Shown here: positions 63,301 to 64,000 of the stretch, piece after piece
How positions within the stretch are numbered: the first letter of the stretch is position 1
How the letters are laid out: every line of letters starts with the position of its first letter
NCBI GenBank assembly: GCA_051362555.1
Contig: CM120647.1
Span: 1,240,001-1,304,000 of the forward strand
DNA: 64,000 nt
Direction of reading: 5' to 3'
Origin: Lingula anatina
Lineage: Eukaryota; Animalia; Brachiopoda
Notes under the pieces: model-generated
What the model saw: the letters and a program-made list of their open reading frames with translations, nothing else
Databases searched by the model: none
Told to the model about the DNA's origin: nothing
Position numbers and translations under genes: made by a program

Positions 63301-64000
63301 GGTGCGATTGCAGTCTTGGGAATTTTGAGTTAAACATATTTGGCAAATAATTCCGCCTAGGAGATATCGTTTTTCTACCGCACACGGTTAACAAGTGGTA
63401 TGACGTGCTGTTATACGGCCGGCCGGAAAAGCTACAGAATTAAAACAAGTTGGATCGTATTCATTGATAGGCCTGCTCTGTACGTTCCTAGTGATATGAC
63501 TTCGGATGCTTTTATTTTCATTTGGTTTTGCATTGAGATAACGTTTGGTTTCACCTTTGACGTTTTAGAGCACGCTGACGTCCACAGCCGTTCACACCTC
63601 GGCGGCTTTAGTATTGAGTAGTCTTTACTCTTTCCAATGTCGACTTCGTACTTGCCCCGGGTACCGTATGAACATATGAACAGTCTTGAGAACCCAGGGC
63701 CCAATACTGGAAAGGAGGGGCATAATAAGACAAAATGTGTGCCTGATAAAAGGAGTAGAGGTGACGCGACTTTTGTAAAAAATCAAAAGTTTTCTCTCTG
63801 CTAATCCCACCAAAAAGAGAGCAGATTTTGATGAAATGCAAGCCATACGGAGTTACTTATATCTGTGACACCAATATAAAGACTTTTAACTGAAGAGAAA
63901 GGAAATAAAATTGTCGACGCAGATGTAAACTTTCTAAAGTATACCGTATTATTATGCAAAAGGTAATTTGCTAGGTCCCACGAGCGCCCTCACTCGTTCT

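Larger units (their letters stand above)
44273..64000. repeat. Tandem array of ~1382-1386-bp units, running off the window end
   Basis: An identical landmark recurs at 45091, 46476, 47862, 49247, 50633, 52019, 53401, 54786, 56171, 58485, 59867, 61252 and 62635, plus a deleted edge unit at ~44.3-45.0k. Units differ by few substitutions. Confidence 0.98.

Noticed and set aside
44365-63846. Many repeated 60-135-aa ORFs in the array and in the 56.5-57.4k insertion
   Set aside because: They overlap on both strands, show no domain motifs or splice pattern, and are altered by indels and stops between units. They are by-products of repetition.
44273-64000. CRISPR array, 5S rDNA or histone repeat
   Set aside because: No short repeat/unique spacer structure, and no 5S or histone sequence recognised.

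Overview
AT-rich, intron-containing animal genomic DNA, probably a marine invertebrate; the organism cannot be named from sequence alone. The first ~43 kb hold four spliced genes: an SLC16/MCT-type transporter (+, 1722-5387); a two-exon ~222-aa multi-TM protein resembling an uncharacterised bacterial membrane family (+, 6761-7619); a large type II membrane protein with a SEA domain, five Frizzled-type CRDs and eleven LDLa repeats but no protease domain (-, 29562-8547); and a proteinase K-type subtilase (-, 42223-36191). They are interspersed with MITEs (Harbinger-like; 5-bp-TSD CAG..CTG family), a 2.3-kb P-like element, a LINE 3' fragment and minisatellites, two of which copy exon/splice-donor junctions. 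From ~44270 to the window end lies a homogeneous tandem array of ~1385-bp units (14 copies of the core visible). Each unit carries two minus-strand Pol III type-2 (A/B-box) structured RNA candidates that are not canonical tRNAs: a ~97-nt panhandle RNA with vault-RNA-like topology and a cloverleaf-like RNA with no proper acceptor stem. One copy of the panhandle RNA is split right behind its A box by a 929-bp foldback element with TAT..ATA ends and a 6-bp TSD (IS3EU-like). All structures were folded by eye; no searches were run.
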